DNA from: Verrucomicrobiia bacterium
GTDB lineage: Bacteria; Verrucomicrobiota; Verrucomicrobiia; CAIQCK01
Length of the DNA: 64,000 bases
Direction: 5' to 3'
NCBI GenBank assembly: GCA_041651735.1
Contig: JBAZIR010000001.1
Coordinates: forward strand, 799 to 64,798
The position numbers and the translations under genes were made by a program. Numbering within the stretch: position 1 is the first letter of the stretch; each line of letters begins with the position of its first letter. The notes beneath the pieces were generated by a model that made no database searches, had not been told where the DNA came from, and saw nothing but the letters and a program-made list of their open reading frames with translations. Below are positions 46,557 to 55,233 of the stretch, piece after piece.

Positions 46557-47564
46557 ATGATCATGCCGCGCGAACCAGGCTACATCGAGCGCGCCGACGC
46601 CTCCTACGACGCCGGCCAGTTCGAGAAGGCCATGGAGCTGTACCAGAAACATATCGAGATGGAACCGGATGCGCCGGAAGGCTACGAGGGACTCGGCCTG
46701 AGCCTGTGGGCGCTGGAGCGCCATCGCGACGCGCTCCGTGCGCTGGACACCGCGCAGAAGTTTGACCCCGAAAACGCCGGCATCGCCATCAACCGCGCCG
46801 CCTTGCTCACCGACGTGCTCGAACGCCACGAGGAAACCGTCGCCATCTGCGAGGGCCTCACCCGCCGCAATCTCAAGCGCAACGACGTGCGCGACGCCCG
46901 TTACTTTGCCGCCAAGGCGCACTTCCGTCTCGGCAACGATGCCGAGGCGCTGGCCCTGCTTGACGCCGCGTTGCGCGATGCGCCCGGCGACATCGAACTG
47001 CTGAGCTGGAAAGCGCATGTGCTTTTCGAGAGCGGCCACTACGAGAAAGCCAAGCTCGCCCACGAGAAATGCCTGCAACTTGACAGCGACGATCCCGGCA
47101 TCTGGTGGGATTACGGCCTGGTGATCGAGAAATTGGGCGAGGAGGTTGCCTCCCACCGGGCGTTCGAGCGCGCGCACGAACTGGATCCGGAGGATTTTCC
47201 GCTGCCGGTGCCGATCTCGGCGAAGGCGGCTGAGCGCATCGCTGTCCGAACGCTGGAGGAGCTGCCGGATGATTTCCGCGACGCCATCCGCGACGTGCCG
47301 GTGATCGTGGACGATTTCCCGTCGCGCGAGTTTGTGCTGGAGAACCCGACGCTCGGCCCGCAAATCCTCGGATTGTTCACCGGCAACACCCACGGCGAAC
47401 AGCAGCCCGTGCCGACCGCCATCATGATCTTTCGCAAGAACCTGGAGAAAATTGTTGTCGACCGGGAGGAACTCCTCGTCGAAATCCGTAAGACGCTTCT
47501 CCACGAGATCGGCCACTATCTCGGCCTGAACGAGGACGATCTGAAAGAGCGGGGATTGGAGTAG
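46557..47564 (+). CDS. TPR-repeat protein with C-terminal minimal zincin (HExxH) domain
   Basis: TPR helices (AMELYQKHIEMEPD..., KAKLAHEKCLQLDSDD...) and LLHEIGHYLGLNEDDL metallopeptidase motif. Start at ATG 46557. Confidence 0.6.
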   Translation: MIMPREPGYIERADASYDAGQFEKAMELYQKHIEMEPDAPEGYEGLGLSLWALERHRDALRALDTAQKFDPENAGIAINRAALLTDVLERHEETVAICEGLTRRNLKRNDVRDARYFAAKAHFRLGNDAEALALLDAALRDAPGDIELLSWKAHVLFESGHYEKAKLAHEKCLQLDSDDPGIWWDYGLVIEKLGEEVASHRAFERAHELDPEDFPLPVPISAKAAERIAVRTLEELPDDFRDAIRDVPVIVDDFPSREFVLENPTLGPQILGLFTGNTHGEQQPVPTAIMIFRKNLEKIVVDREELLVEIRKTLLHEIGHYLGLNEDDLKERGLE

Positions 47565-47612
47565 GCACAGGCGCCTGCCTGCGCTCCGGCCGAAGCCGAT
47601 TCCACAGTTGAA

Positions 47613-48251
47613 ATGAACGAACCCGCTGCGAACCACACGATTCGAGTGATTCTATTCGACCTCGGTGGCGTGCTCGTGGAGTTCGACGGCATCGCGCCGT
47701 TGATCGCCCTCTCCGGCAACAGGCTGGACAAGGAAGGCGCCCGCCGGTTCTGGCTCACGTCGCCGTCGGTCCGCCAACTCGAAACCGGGAAGTGCGGCGC
47801 GGAGGAGTTCGCCCGCAGCGCCGTTGCCGAGCTGGGCCTCACGATGGCGCCGGATGTTTTCCTGCGACAGTTCGTGAGTTGGGACCGCGGCCCGATGGAC
47901 GGCGCGCTCAGCCTGCTGGACGCGCTCAAGCCGCGCTTCCTCCTGGCCTGTCTCAGCAATAACAACGAGCTGCATTGGAACCGGCTTTGCGACGAGACGG
48001 TGCTCCCGGGGAAATTTCACCGGTGCTATCTCTCGCAGGAGATCGGCCTGATGAAGCCGGATCCAGCTTCGTTCAGCTACGTGGTTCGCGATCTTGAAAC
48101 CGCTCCGGAACACATCCTCTTCTTCGACGACAACCCGGAGTGCGTGGAGGCGGCGCAGCGGCTGGGGCTTCACGCCCGCCGTGCGCGCGGTGTTGAAGAG
48201 GTGAAGGCGGTGTTGGCGGAACTGGGATTGTATCCCGATACCGCGGGTTGA
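47613..48251 (+). CDS. HAD-superfamily hydrolase (subfamily IA-like)
   Basis: VILFDLGGVLVEF motif I, CLSNNN motif II, ILFFDDNPECV motif IV. Confidence 0.75.
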   Translation: MNEPAANHTIRVILFDLGGVLVEFDGIAPLIALSGNRLDKEGARRFWLTSPSVRQLETGKCGAEEFARSAVAELGLTMAPDVFLRQFVSWDRGPMDGALSLLDALKPRFLLACLSNNNELHWNRLCDETVLPGKFHRCYLSQEIGLMKPDPASFSYVVRDLETAPEHILFFDDNPECVEAAQRLGLHARRARGVEEVKAVLAELGLYPDTAG

Positions 48252-48262
48252 CGGCGGAGTGC

Positions 48263-49216
48263 CTACTTCGCTGCGTCGGGGGGAGCGTTAAAATCGTCGA
48301 TGAACCGCTGGATCAGCGCGGCGTTCCAGTTGCCCGGCATCGGGCTGTCCTGGTTCGCGATGAGGTCGTCCACGGTTGGCTGTTTCGACGGCACGCCGTC
48401 GGCCGGCACTTCAAGCCGCGCGATCCAGACGACCGCATTGAGAACGACTTTACGGAAATCATTATGCGCCCAGTTCCAGTGGACGTGGCCGCCGGTGAAG
48501 CCGAAACCGCGCGCGCCGTCGGGCCGTTGATAGGCCCAGCCAACGTCCTCGGCCATTCCCATCCGCGCGCGGACCGCGGGGTTGCCGCTGTGCGGGCCGT
48601 CGGGGCGCTTGCGCGTGCTGTCGGGCGGCACGGCGCTGAGGATCGGCGTCACGCCCTCCATGTTTTCGCGGAACCGCATGTGGCAATACCACTCGTCGTG
48701 AATCCGGAACGGCTTCACGCCACGCGCGACCGGGTGCTGCGGAAGTTTGTTGAACTTGGCGATCCACGACGGATTGATGGACCAGTGTTGTTCGTAGCAA
48801 CCGCCGATCCAGTCGCGCATCTTATCCATCGTTTCCTTCTTGCCGGGGTCTACCGTGTAGTGGAGGCACGCGAGGCCGACGCCTTTTTTCATCAGCGCGT
48901 CGAGTTCGGCAAGGTGCTCGTTGAGCAACCGGCCGCCGTCGCAGTAAATGACGATCGCGTCAGCGCCGTCGAGCGCCTTTGCGTCGGCCGGCCAGCCGCG
49001 CGAAACGATCGCGTGGAGCTTGTCCGGCATCGCATCGTTCAGCGCCTTCGCAAGGAGCAGGCAACCGGCGTTGTGCGCGTGCGAGCCGAAGCCGTGGCTG
49101 CCTGCGCCGGCGAGGAAGACGATCTTCTTTTTGCCGTCAGCCGCGCCGGCATTCCCGGCGAAGCAGAGGACGAGAACCACACCCAGCGGCACGAGCAACG
49201 AGCGAATCAATTTCAT
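48263..49216 (-). CDS. secreted ThuA-like (trehalose-utilisation-type, GATase1-fold) protein
   Basis: Signal peptide, then KKIVFLAGAGSHG...ADAIVIYCDGG...GVGLACLHY...HPVARGVKPFRIHDEWY, which resembles the ThuA domain. Confidence 0.7.
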   Translation of the reverse strand: MKLIRSLLVPLGVVLVLCFAGNAGAADGKKKIVFLAGAGSHGFGSHAHNAGCLLLAKALNDAMPDKLHAIVSRGWPADAKALDGADAIVIYCDGGRLLNEHLAELDALMKKGVGLACLHYTVDPGKKETMDKMRDWIGGCYEQHWSINPSWIAKFNKLPQHPVARGVKPFRIHDEWYCHMRFRENMEGVTPILSAVPPDSTRKRPDGPHSGNPAVRARMGMAEDVGWAYQRPDGARGFGFTGGHVHWNWAHNDFRKVVLNAVVWIARLEVPADGVPSKQPTVDDLIANQDSPMPGNWNAALIQRFIDDFNAPPDAAK

Positions 49217-49353
49217 AATAATGCCTCCGACGGTGGAACTCTTATCATCCGACCTCGATGGAATCCAGCTTCAACCGCAGGGGCGTGTTCTGCAAGATTT
49301 GGCGTGGACGATGCCGGCCCCGGCGGTAGTATGACGGTCAGGAGTACATCATC

Positions 49354-50841
49354 ATGACGACCCAAATGTTTGCTCGCACGTTCGTTCGCAGTCTCTGCTC
49401 CATCCTCTGCGCTGTCATGGCGACGGCATGGCTGTGTCCCGCGACCGGGGGCGCGGCGGCCGACGCCGCCAATCGGTTGCCCAATATCGTTATCATCTTT
49501 TGCGATGACATGGGCTATGCGGACGTCGGTTGTTTCGGCGCCCAGGGCTACACCACGCCGCACCTCGACCGCATGGCGGCGCAGGGCGTGCGCTTCACCA
49601 ACTTCCACGTCCCGCAGGCCGTCTGTTCGGCGTCACGCGCGGCGCTAATGACCGGCTGCTATCCGAACCGCATTGGCATCCACGGCGCGCTCAGTCCGAA
49701 GGTGAACCACGGCATCGCCAACAGCGAGATGACGCTTGCCGAGCTCGTGAAACAGAAAGGCTACGCGACCGGCATGGCAGGCAAATGGCATCTCGGCCAT
49801 CATCCGCAGTTCCTGCCGGTGCATCACGGCTTCGATGAATACCTCGGCCTGCCCTACTCCAACGACATGTGGCCCCGTCACCCGGAGGCAAAGAAAGGAA
49901 CGTATCCCGGCCTGCCGATGATCGAAGGCGACAAACCGATCAAGGTCGGCCTCGACCACAAGGATCAGGAACAACTCACCACGCAATACACCGAGCGCGC
50001 GGTGCGGTTCATCGAAAAGAACAAGGACCGGCCGTTCTTCTTCTATCTCGCCCATTCCATGCCGCACGTGCCGCTCCACGTCAGTGACAAGTTCCGCGGC
50101 AAGACGGCGCGCGGGCTGTTTGGCGATGTGATCTCGGAGATTGACTGGTCGGTCGGCCAGGTGCTCGCCGCGCTGGAGCGCTGCGGCGTCGCCGACAACA
50201 CATGGGTCATCTTCACCAGCGACAACGGGCCGTGGCTTTCCTACGGTGACCACGCGGGATCGACCGGGCCGTTGCGCGAGGGCAAGGGCACCGAGTGGGA
50301 GGGCGGCACGCGCGTGCCGTGCATCATGCGCTGGCCGGACAAACTGGGCGTGGGCAAGTCGAGCGACGCGATGTTCATGACAATTGATTTGTTGCCGACG
50401 ATCGCGAAACTGATCGGCGCGAAACTGCCGGAGCATAAAATTGATGGCCTCGACGTGTGGCCCGTCATCGCCGGCAATCAAGGCGCGAAGAACTCGCACG
50501 AGGCCTATGCGTTCTACTACGCGAACAATCAATTGCAGGGCGTGGGGACCGGCGATGGCCGTTGGAAACTGCTGTTCCCGCACGCTTACCGCACGCTCGG
50601 CGGCAGACCCGGCGGCAAGGACGGCATCCCGGTCAAATACGAGCAGCGCAGGGTCGAACAGCCCGAACTCTACGATCTCCAGAACGACGTGGGTGAAACG
50701 AAGAACATCATCGCCGGGCATCCCGACATCGTGAAACGGCTGGGAACCTTCGCCGAAAAGATGCGCGCCGATCTCGGCGACAATCTGACCAAGCGCAAAG
50801 GCGACGGCGTCCGCGAGCCGGGGAGAATCCCGGAACAGTAG
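49354..50841 (+). CDS. sulfatase (formylglycine-dependent arylsulfatase family)
   Basis: Signal peptide. NIVIIFCDDMGYADVG metal site and CSASRAALMTG (C-x-A-x-R) formylglycine motif. Confidence 0.9.
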   Translation: MTTQMFARTFVRSLCSILCAVMATAWLCPATGGAAADAANRLPNIVIIFCDDMGYADVGCFGAQGYTTPHLDRMAAQGVRFTNFHVPQAVCSASRAALMTGCYPNRIGIHGALSPKVNHGIANSEMTLAELVKQKGYATGMAGKWHLGHHPQFLPVHHGFDEYLGLPYSNDMWPRHPEAKKGTYPGLPMIEGDKPIKVGLDHKDQEQLTTQYTERAVRFIEKNKDRPFFFYLAHSMPHVPLHVSDKFRGKTARGLFGDVISEIDWSVGQVLAALERCGVADNTWVIFTSDNGPWLSYGDHAGSTGPLREGKGTEWEGGTRVPCIMRWPDKLGVGKSSDAMFMTIDLLPTIAKLIGAKLPEHKIDGLDVWPVIAGNQGAKNSHEAYAFYYANNQLQGVGTGDGRWKLLFPHAYRTLGGRPGGKDGIPVKYEQRRVEQPELYDLQNDVGETKNIIAGHPDIVKRLGTFAEKMRADLGDNLTKRKGDGVREPGRIPEQ

Positions 50842-50905
50842 TCCGGCTCGTCCGCGTCATATTTGGCTTGAGCCAACCCGGCGGCTCCCCTAGAAGCAGT
50901 ATGAC

Positions 50906-52087
50906 ATGAGTTCAACTCCTGCCCCTTCCAAACCTGCCTCCTCCAAACCGCCGCGCCTGATGTCGCTCGATGTGTTCCGCGGCTTTACGATGCTCGCGAT
51001 GGCCTCCAGCGGGCTGGGCATCATTGCGGTCGCGAAGAAGATGCCGGACTCGATCTGGGCGAGCATCGCGCCGCAACTGCAACACGTGGAATGGATTGGC
51101 TGCAGCGCATGGGACCTGATTCAGCCGGCGTTCATGTTCATCGTGGGCGTGGCGATGCCGTTCTCGTTCGCGCGGCGCGCGGCCGATGGCCAGTCGTTTG
51201 GGCAGCAATGGCGGCACGCGCTGGTCCGGGCGGCGGTGCTGGTGTTTCTGGGTGCGATGCTCTACGGACAAACCACGCGCGCCTACGTGTTCACCAATGT
51301 GCTCGCGCAGATCGGGCTGGGCTACGCGTTCGTGTTCCTGCTCATCGGTCGCAGTTGGCGCGTGCAGCTCGGAGTGGTTGCAGCAATTCTCGCGGGCTAC
51401 TGGCTGGCGTTCGCGGCATATCCGCTCCCGCCACAGGATTTCGATCATGCGAAGGTTGGCGCCAAGGGCGCGGAGGTGTTGCCCGGTTTCTGGGCGCATT
51501 GGAGCAAGAACACCAACCTCGCCGCGGACTTTGACCGGTGGTTCCTGAACCTTCTGCCGCAGGCGAAGCGGTTCGAGTTCAACAGCGGCGGCTACCAAAC
51601 GCTGAACTTCGTGCCCGAGGCAGTGAACATGATTCTCGGCCTGATGGCGGGGGAGATGTTGCGGCGCGAGACGAACAGCCGCCGGCGGCTGGGCTGGCTC
51701 GCCGTGGCCGGCACGGTATGCCTCGTACTCGGCGGGGTTGCGAGCCTCACGATCTGCCCGATGGTGAAACGGATTTGGACGCCGTCGTTCGCGCTCTGGA
51801 GCGCAGGCTGGACGCTGTGGCTGCTGGCGGCGTTCTACCTGGTGATTGATGTGGCGGGCTGGCGGCGCTGGAGCTTCCCACTGTTGGTTGTTGGCATGAA
51901 CTCCATTGCGATCTACTTGATGGCGCAGCTCTGGCCGGGATGGATCAGGACATTGCTGAAGGCGCACATCGGGCAGGAATTTTTCAGCGGCGCCTACGGC
52001 CCGATCTGGGAGCAATCGGCCGTGCTGCTGGTGCTGTGGATGATCTGCTGGTGGCTGTACCGGCAGCGGGTGTTTCTAAAGATCTGA
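50906..52087 (+). CDS. HGSNAT/DUF5009-like multi-pass membrane acyltransferase
   Basis: RLMSLDVFRGFTMLAM N-terminal motif and about 10-11 TM helices, as in heparan-alpha-glucosaminide N-acetyltransferase homologues (COG4299). Confidence 0.7.
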   Translation: MSSTPAPSKPASSKPPRLMSLDVFRGFTMLAMASSGLGIIAVAKKMPDSIWASIAPQLQHVEWIGCSAWDLIQPAFMFIVGVAMPFSFARRAADGQSFGQQWRHALVRAAVLVFLGAMLYGQTTRAYVFTNVLAQIGLGYAFVFLLIGRSWRVQLGVVAAILAGYWLAFAAYPLPPQDFDHAKVGAKGAEVLPGFWAHWSKNTNLAADFDRWFLNLLPQAKRFEFNSGGYQTLNFVPEAVNMILGLMAGEMLRRETNSRRRLGWLAVAGTVCLVLGGVASLTICPMVKRIWTPSFALWSAGWTLWLLAAFYLVIDVAGWRRWSFPLLVVGMNSIAIYLMAQLWPGWIRTLLKAHIGQEFFSGAYGPIWEQSAVLLVLWMICWWLYRQRVFLKI

Positions 52088-52349
52088 AGCGCGCGATGAG
52101 AATCAGCGGCCGCTGGTCAGGCGCAAGGACAGCGGCGTGCGCGAATCCAGCGATCCCTTGCGTCGCGGCCAGGCTTTGACTTTGCTGTTGTATAGCGCAC
52201 GGCAGGAGCTACACTGCCGCGAAGGTTAACAAGGACATCACCATGACGGTGCCAATGTCGCAGCAAGACCCCCAACACCAGTGCAGACCGCTGTTCCCAT
52301 CCGCTGCGCATTGCAAGACTCACCTCACGCACTGAAGGAAAAGACCCCC

Positions 52350-53705
52350 ATGAACAATCAATTCACCCGCCGCCATTTTATCCAAAGCGCCGCCGCAAGC
52401 TCTGCCGCACTCGCCTGGCTCAGCGCGCGCACCGGTCCCAACGTTTTCGCAGCCGACGCCGCCAAACCCGCCATCCTCGGCGGCAAACCCGCCCACACCG
52501 GCGGCTGGCCGAAGTGGCCGGAGTGGCGCAATGAATGGGAGGCGCAGGTCCTCGATGTGCTGCGCAGCGGCCGTTGGTGCCGCGCGGGCGGCGGCGGCCA
52601 TGTGCCGGAGTTCGAGGCCGCCTGGGCCAAGCTCCTCGGCGCCAAGCGCGCCCTCGGCACCGCCAGCGGCACCACCGCGCTCATCACCAGCCTCTACGTC
52701 GCAGGCGTGGACGCCGGCGACGAAGTCATCTGCTCGCCCTACACCTTCAGCGCCAGCTATAATGCCATCCTCATCCAGAAGGCCCTGCCGGTCTTCGCCG
52801 ACACCAACCCTGAGACGCTCACGATGTGTCCGAAGAGCATCGAGAGCCGCATCACGGAGCGCACCAAAGCCATCCTGCCCGTCCACATCTACGGCATGCC
52901 GTGTTACATGGACGAGATCAACGCCATCGCGAAGAAACACAAACTCGCGGTGGTCGAGGACGCCTGCCAGGCGTGGCTGGCTGAATACAAAGGCCGCAAG
53001 TGCGGCACGCTCGGCGATCTGGGCTGCTTCAGCTTCCAGAACTCCAAGCACATCCCCTCCGGCGAAGGCGGCGCGGTCACCGGCATGAGCGACGAGCTGC
53101 TCGATCGCTGCCATTCGTTCCACAACTGCGGCCGTTCCGTCGGCAGCTTCAAGGGCCACGGCTGTTTCGCCCGCGGTACCAACTACCGGATGCAGCACTT
53201 CCAAGCCGTCATCCTCCTGCAACAGATCGAGAAACTGGTCAAGGAGACCGCGCACCGTCAGGCCAACGCCGACTACCTCATCGCCGGCCTGAACCAGATC
53301 GGCGGCCTCGTCCCCGTGCGTTTGCCGGAGAACAGCCGCGCCGTGTGGCATCTCTTCCCGATGCGATACGACGCTGCGCAATTCAACGGCCTGTCGCGCG
53401 GCAAGTTCATGCAGGCTCTCGGCAAGGAAGGCGTCCCCAGCAGCGGCGGCTACGGCGAGCAATACAACGATGGCATGTTGGACGAAGCGATCAACTCGAC
53501 CGGCTACAAGCGCCTCTGGAGTGCCGACCGGCTCAAGGCCTATCGCGAAAGCTTCAAGGACCTCAAGGGCAACGCGCAGGTTTGCGCGACCACTGTCGCC
53601 ATCGGCCAGAACATGCTGTTGGCCGACCGCAGCGCGATGGACCAGATCCTCGACGCCATTCGCAAGATCAAAGCCCACAGCGCCGCGCTGGCGAAGAAGG
53701 CGTGA
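52350..53705 (+). CDS. DegT/DnrJ/EryC1/StrS-family PLP aminotransferase with twin-arginine leader (paralogue 1)
   Basis: MNNQFTRRHFIQSAAASSAALAWL Tat motif. TASGTTAL, DEVICSPYTF and FSFQNSKHIPSGEGGAV (PLP lysine) motifs. 451 aa. Confidence 0.85.
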   Translation: MNNQFTRRHFIQSAAASSAALAWLSARTGPNVFAADAAKPAILGGKPAHTGGWPKWPEWRNEWEAQVLDVLRSGRWCRAGGGGHVPEFEAAWAKLLGAKRALGTASGTTALITSLYVAGVDAGDEVICSPYTFSASYNAILIQKALPVFADTNPETLTMCPKSIESRITERTKAILPVHIYGMPCYMDEINAIAKKHKLAVVEDACQAWLAEYKGRKCGTLGDLGCFSFQNSKHIPSGEGGAVTGMSDELLDRCHSFHNCGRSVGSFKGHGCFARGTNYRMQHFQAVILLQQIEKLVKETAHRQANADYLIAGLNQIGGLVPVRLPENSRAVWHLFPMRYDAAQFNGLSRGKFMQALGKEGVPSSGGYGEQYNDGMLDEAINSTGYKRLWSADRLKAYRESFKDLKGNAQVCATTVAIGQNMLLADRSAMDQILDAIRKIKAHSAALAKKA

Positions 53706-53821
53706 GAAGACTCCCTTGATGTTGAGACTCGACTCAATAACTCAAACCAGCGCTGTTCCTTCGGGTGGACAGAATTAACAACTCTCGTCCTTTTGCTCCT
53801 GACAGGATCCAGAAGAATTTT

Positions 53822-55093
53822 ATGAACACATCACGTCGTTGTTTTCTTCAGTCGTCGGCCGCGTTTTTGGGCGCCGGTTCCGTGTCGGCTGCCGATTCCA
53901 CCCGGGCCGAAGATCCGCGCCAGCATTATTTCGACGCCTTCTATTACAAGGAGCCGCCTGCGTTCCAGTTCGAGTATCCGTTCGACGGAGGCATTCTCCA
54001 GGAAGGCTGCGGCTATCCTGTCTTGGGCGCCGAGATGGGAACCGACGGCGTCAAACGCCTCAAGGTCCATGTCGTCGTCAAGGCTTCCGGCGTGTCGAAT
54101 CTGGAAGTAGTCATGCCCGAAGGACAGGTCGTTCCGACAAGCATGGTATCCGGCCTGTACATGGGCACGGTCTTGCTCAAGGAGCGCGTCACGCCGATCA
54201 AGGCTCGGGGCAAGCGCAACGGCAAGCAGGTCGAAACCGTTTGCCGGGTCGTCTGGGCGAAAAACGTCTATAAGCGCTACCGGTGCTACATTGATGACCA
54301 CAGTTTCTTTTTCCGCGACATCCTGAAGAATAATTACAAGAGTCTTTTCGACTGTTTCTATCTGGCCAAGTTACGGGAACTGAACCGGCGCTATAAAACG
54401 AAGTTCAACCTGAACTGTTTCAACTCAACGCCGGAACGGGATTTCACCCTTTCGATGTTTCCGGATAAGTACAAGCCGGAGTTCGAAGACAACGCCGACT
54501 GGCTCCGGCTGGCGTTTCATTCGGAAAACGAATTCCCGGGTGAGCCGTATCGCGAAGCGCCGCCGGAAAAGCTCGCGGCGGACTTCGACCTGGTTGCCAA
54601 AGAACTTAAGCGGATCGCCGGAAAGGCCTACACTGCCGGCCTGCAGATCCATTTCGCGATGGTTCGGGCCGATTCCTACAAAGTGTTGGCGCAGCGGGGC
54701 GTAAAAATGCTCCAGACAAGTGGCAGGAAACATCCATCGTCCGGCGATAAGTTCTGTGACTTCATGTTGCCGAACTCGATTACCGCCTACATCCGCGAGA
54801 ACCAGGGCTGGATGGATTTCGATTCCGGCGTCATTTTCTACAATGGAGCCTTGCCTGCGACCTGCGAATGGACTCCGGTTGAGCAGACGATTCCCCTCAT
54901 GCATCGCAAGCTCGACAACCCCAAACTAAATTCCCTGATCAACATCGCCGGACACGAGCAGTACTGGTGGCCCTTTTACAAAAACTACAAGAAGGACAAC
55001 TTTGATCGTTGGGAAGCGGCACTCCGTTACGTCACCGAACAAGGTTATAAACCGATTTGGATCGAGGACGGTTTCTTCGGCGGTGCCGAATGA
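53822..55093 (+). CDS. exported hypothetical protein (twin-arginine leader), family unknown
   Basis: MNTSRRCFLQSSAAFLGAGSVSA Tat motif. 423 aa, locally AT-richer coding. The pattern YIDDHSFFF / AFHSENE / AGHEQYWWP is only weakly reminiscent of NodB-like deacetylase folds. Confidence 0.55.
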   Translation: MNTSRRCFLQSSAAFLGAGSVSAADSTRAEDPRQHYFDAFYYKEPPAFQFEYPFDGGILQEGCGYPVLGAEMGTDGVKRLKVHVVVKASGVSNLEVVMPEGQVVPTSMVSGLYMGTVLLKERVTPIKARGKRNGKQVETVCRVVWAKNVYKRYRCYIDDHSFFFRDILKNNYKSLFDCFYLAKLRELNRRYKTKFNLNCFNSTPERDFTLSMFPDKYKPEFEDNADWLRLAFHSENEFPGEPYREAPPEKLAADFDLVAKELKRIAGKAYTAGLQIHFAMVRADSYKVLAQRGVKMLQTSGRKHPSSGDKFCDFMLPNSITAYIRENQGWMDFDSGVIFYNGALPATCEWTPVEQTIPLMHRKLDNPKLNSLINIAGHEQYWWPFYKNYKKDNFDRWEAALRYVTEQGYKPIWIEDGFFGGAE

Positions 55094-55103
55094 CGATGTA
55101 CGG

Positions 55104-55145
55104 TGCGGCATTCAGCCAATCGCCGCGCTGACGAAGAAGGCGTAG
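55104..55145 (+). pseudogene. relic of a DegT paralogue 3' end
   Basis: ATCGCCGCGCTGACGAAGAAGGCGTAG (I-A-A-L-T-K-K-A-stop) versus the DegT1 end AGCGCCGCGCTGGCGAAGAAGGCGTGA (S-A-A-L-A-K-K-A-stop). No upstream DegT ORF is attached. Confidence 0.5.
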
Positions 55146-55233
55146 GAAGTCGGCTGCGAAGGCTGCGGCAGAACTGCTGCAACGAACAACAGCAGCGGTA
55201 TAGCCGAGACGCCTGCGCCATCTTGAGAGCGCG

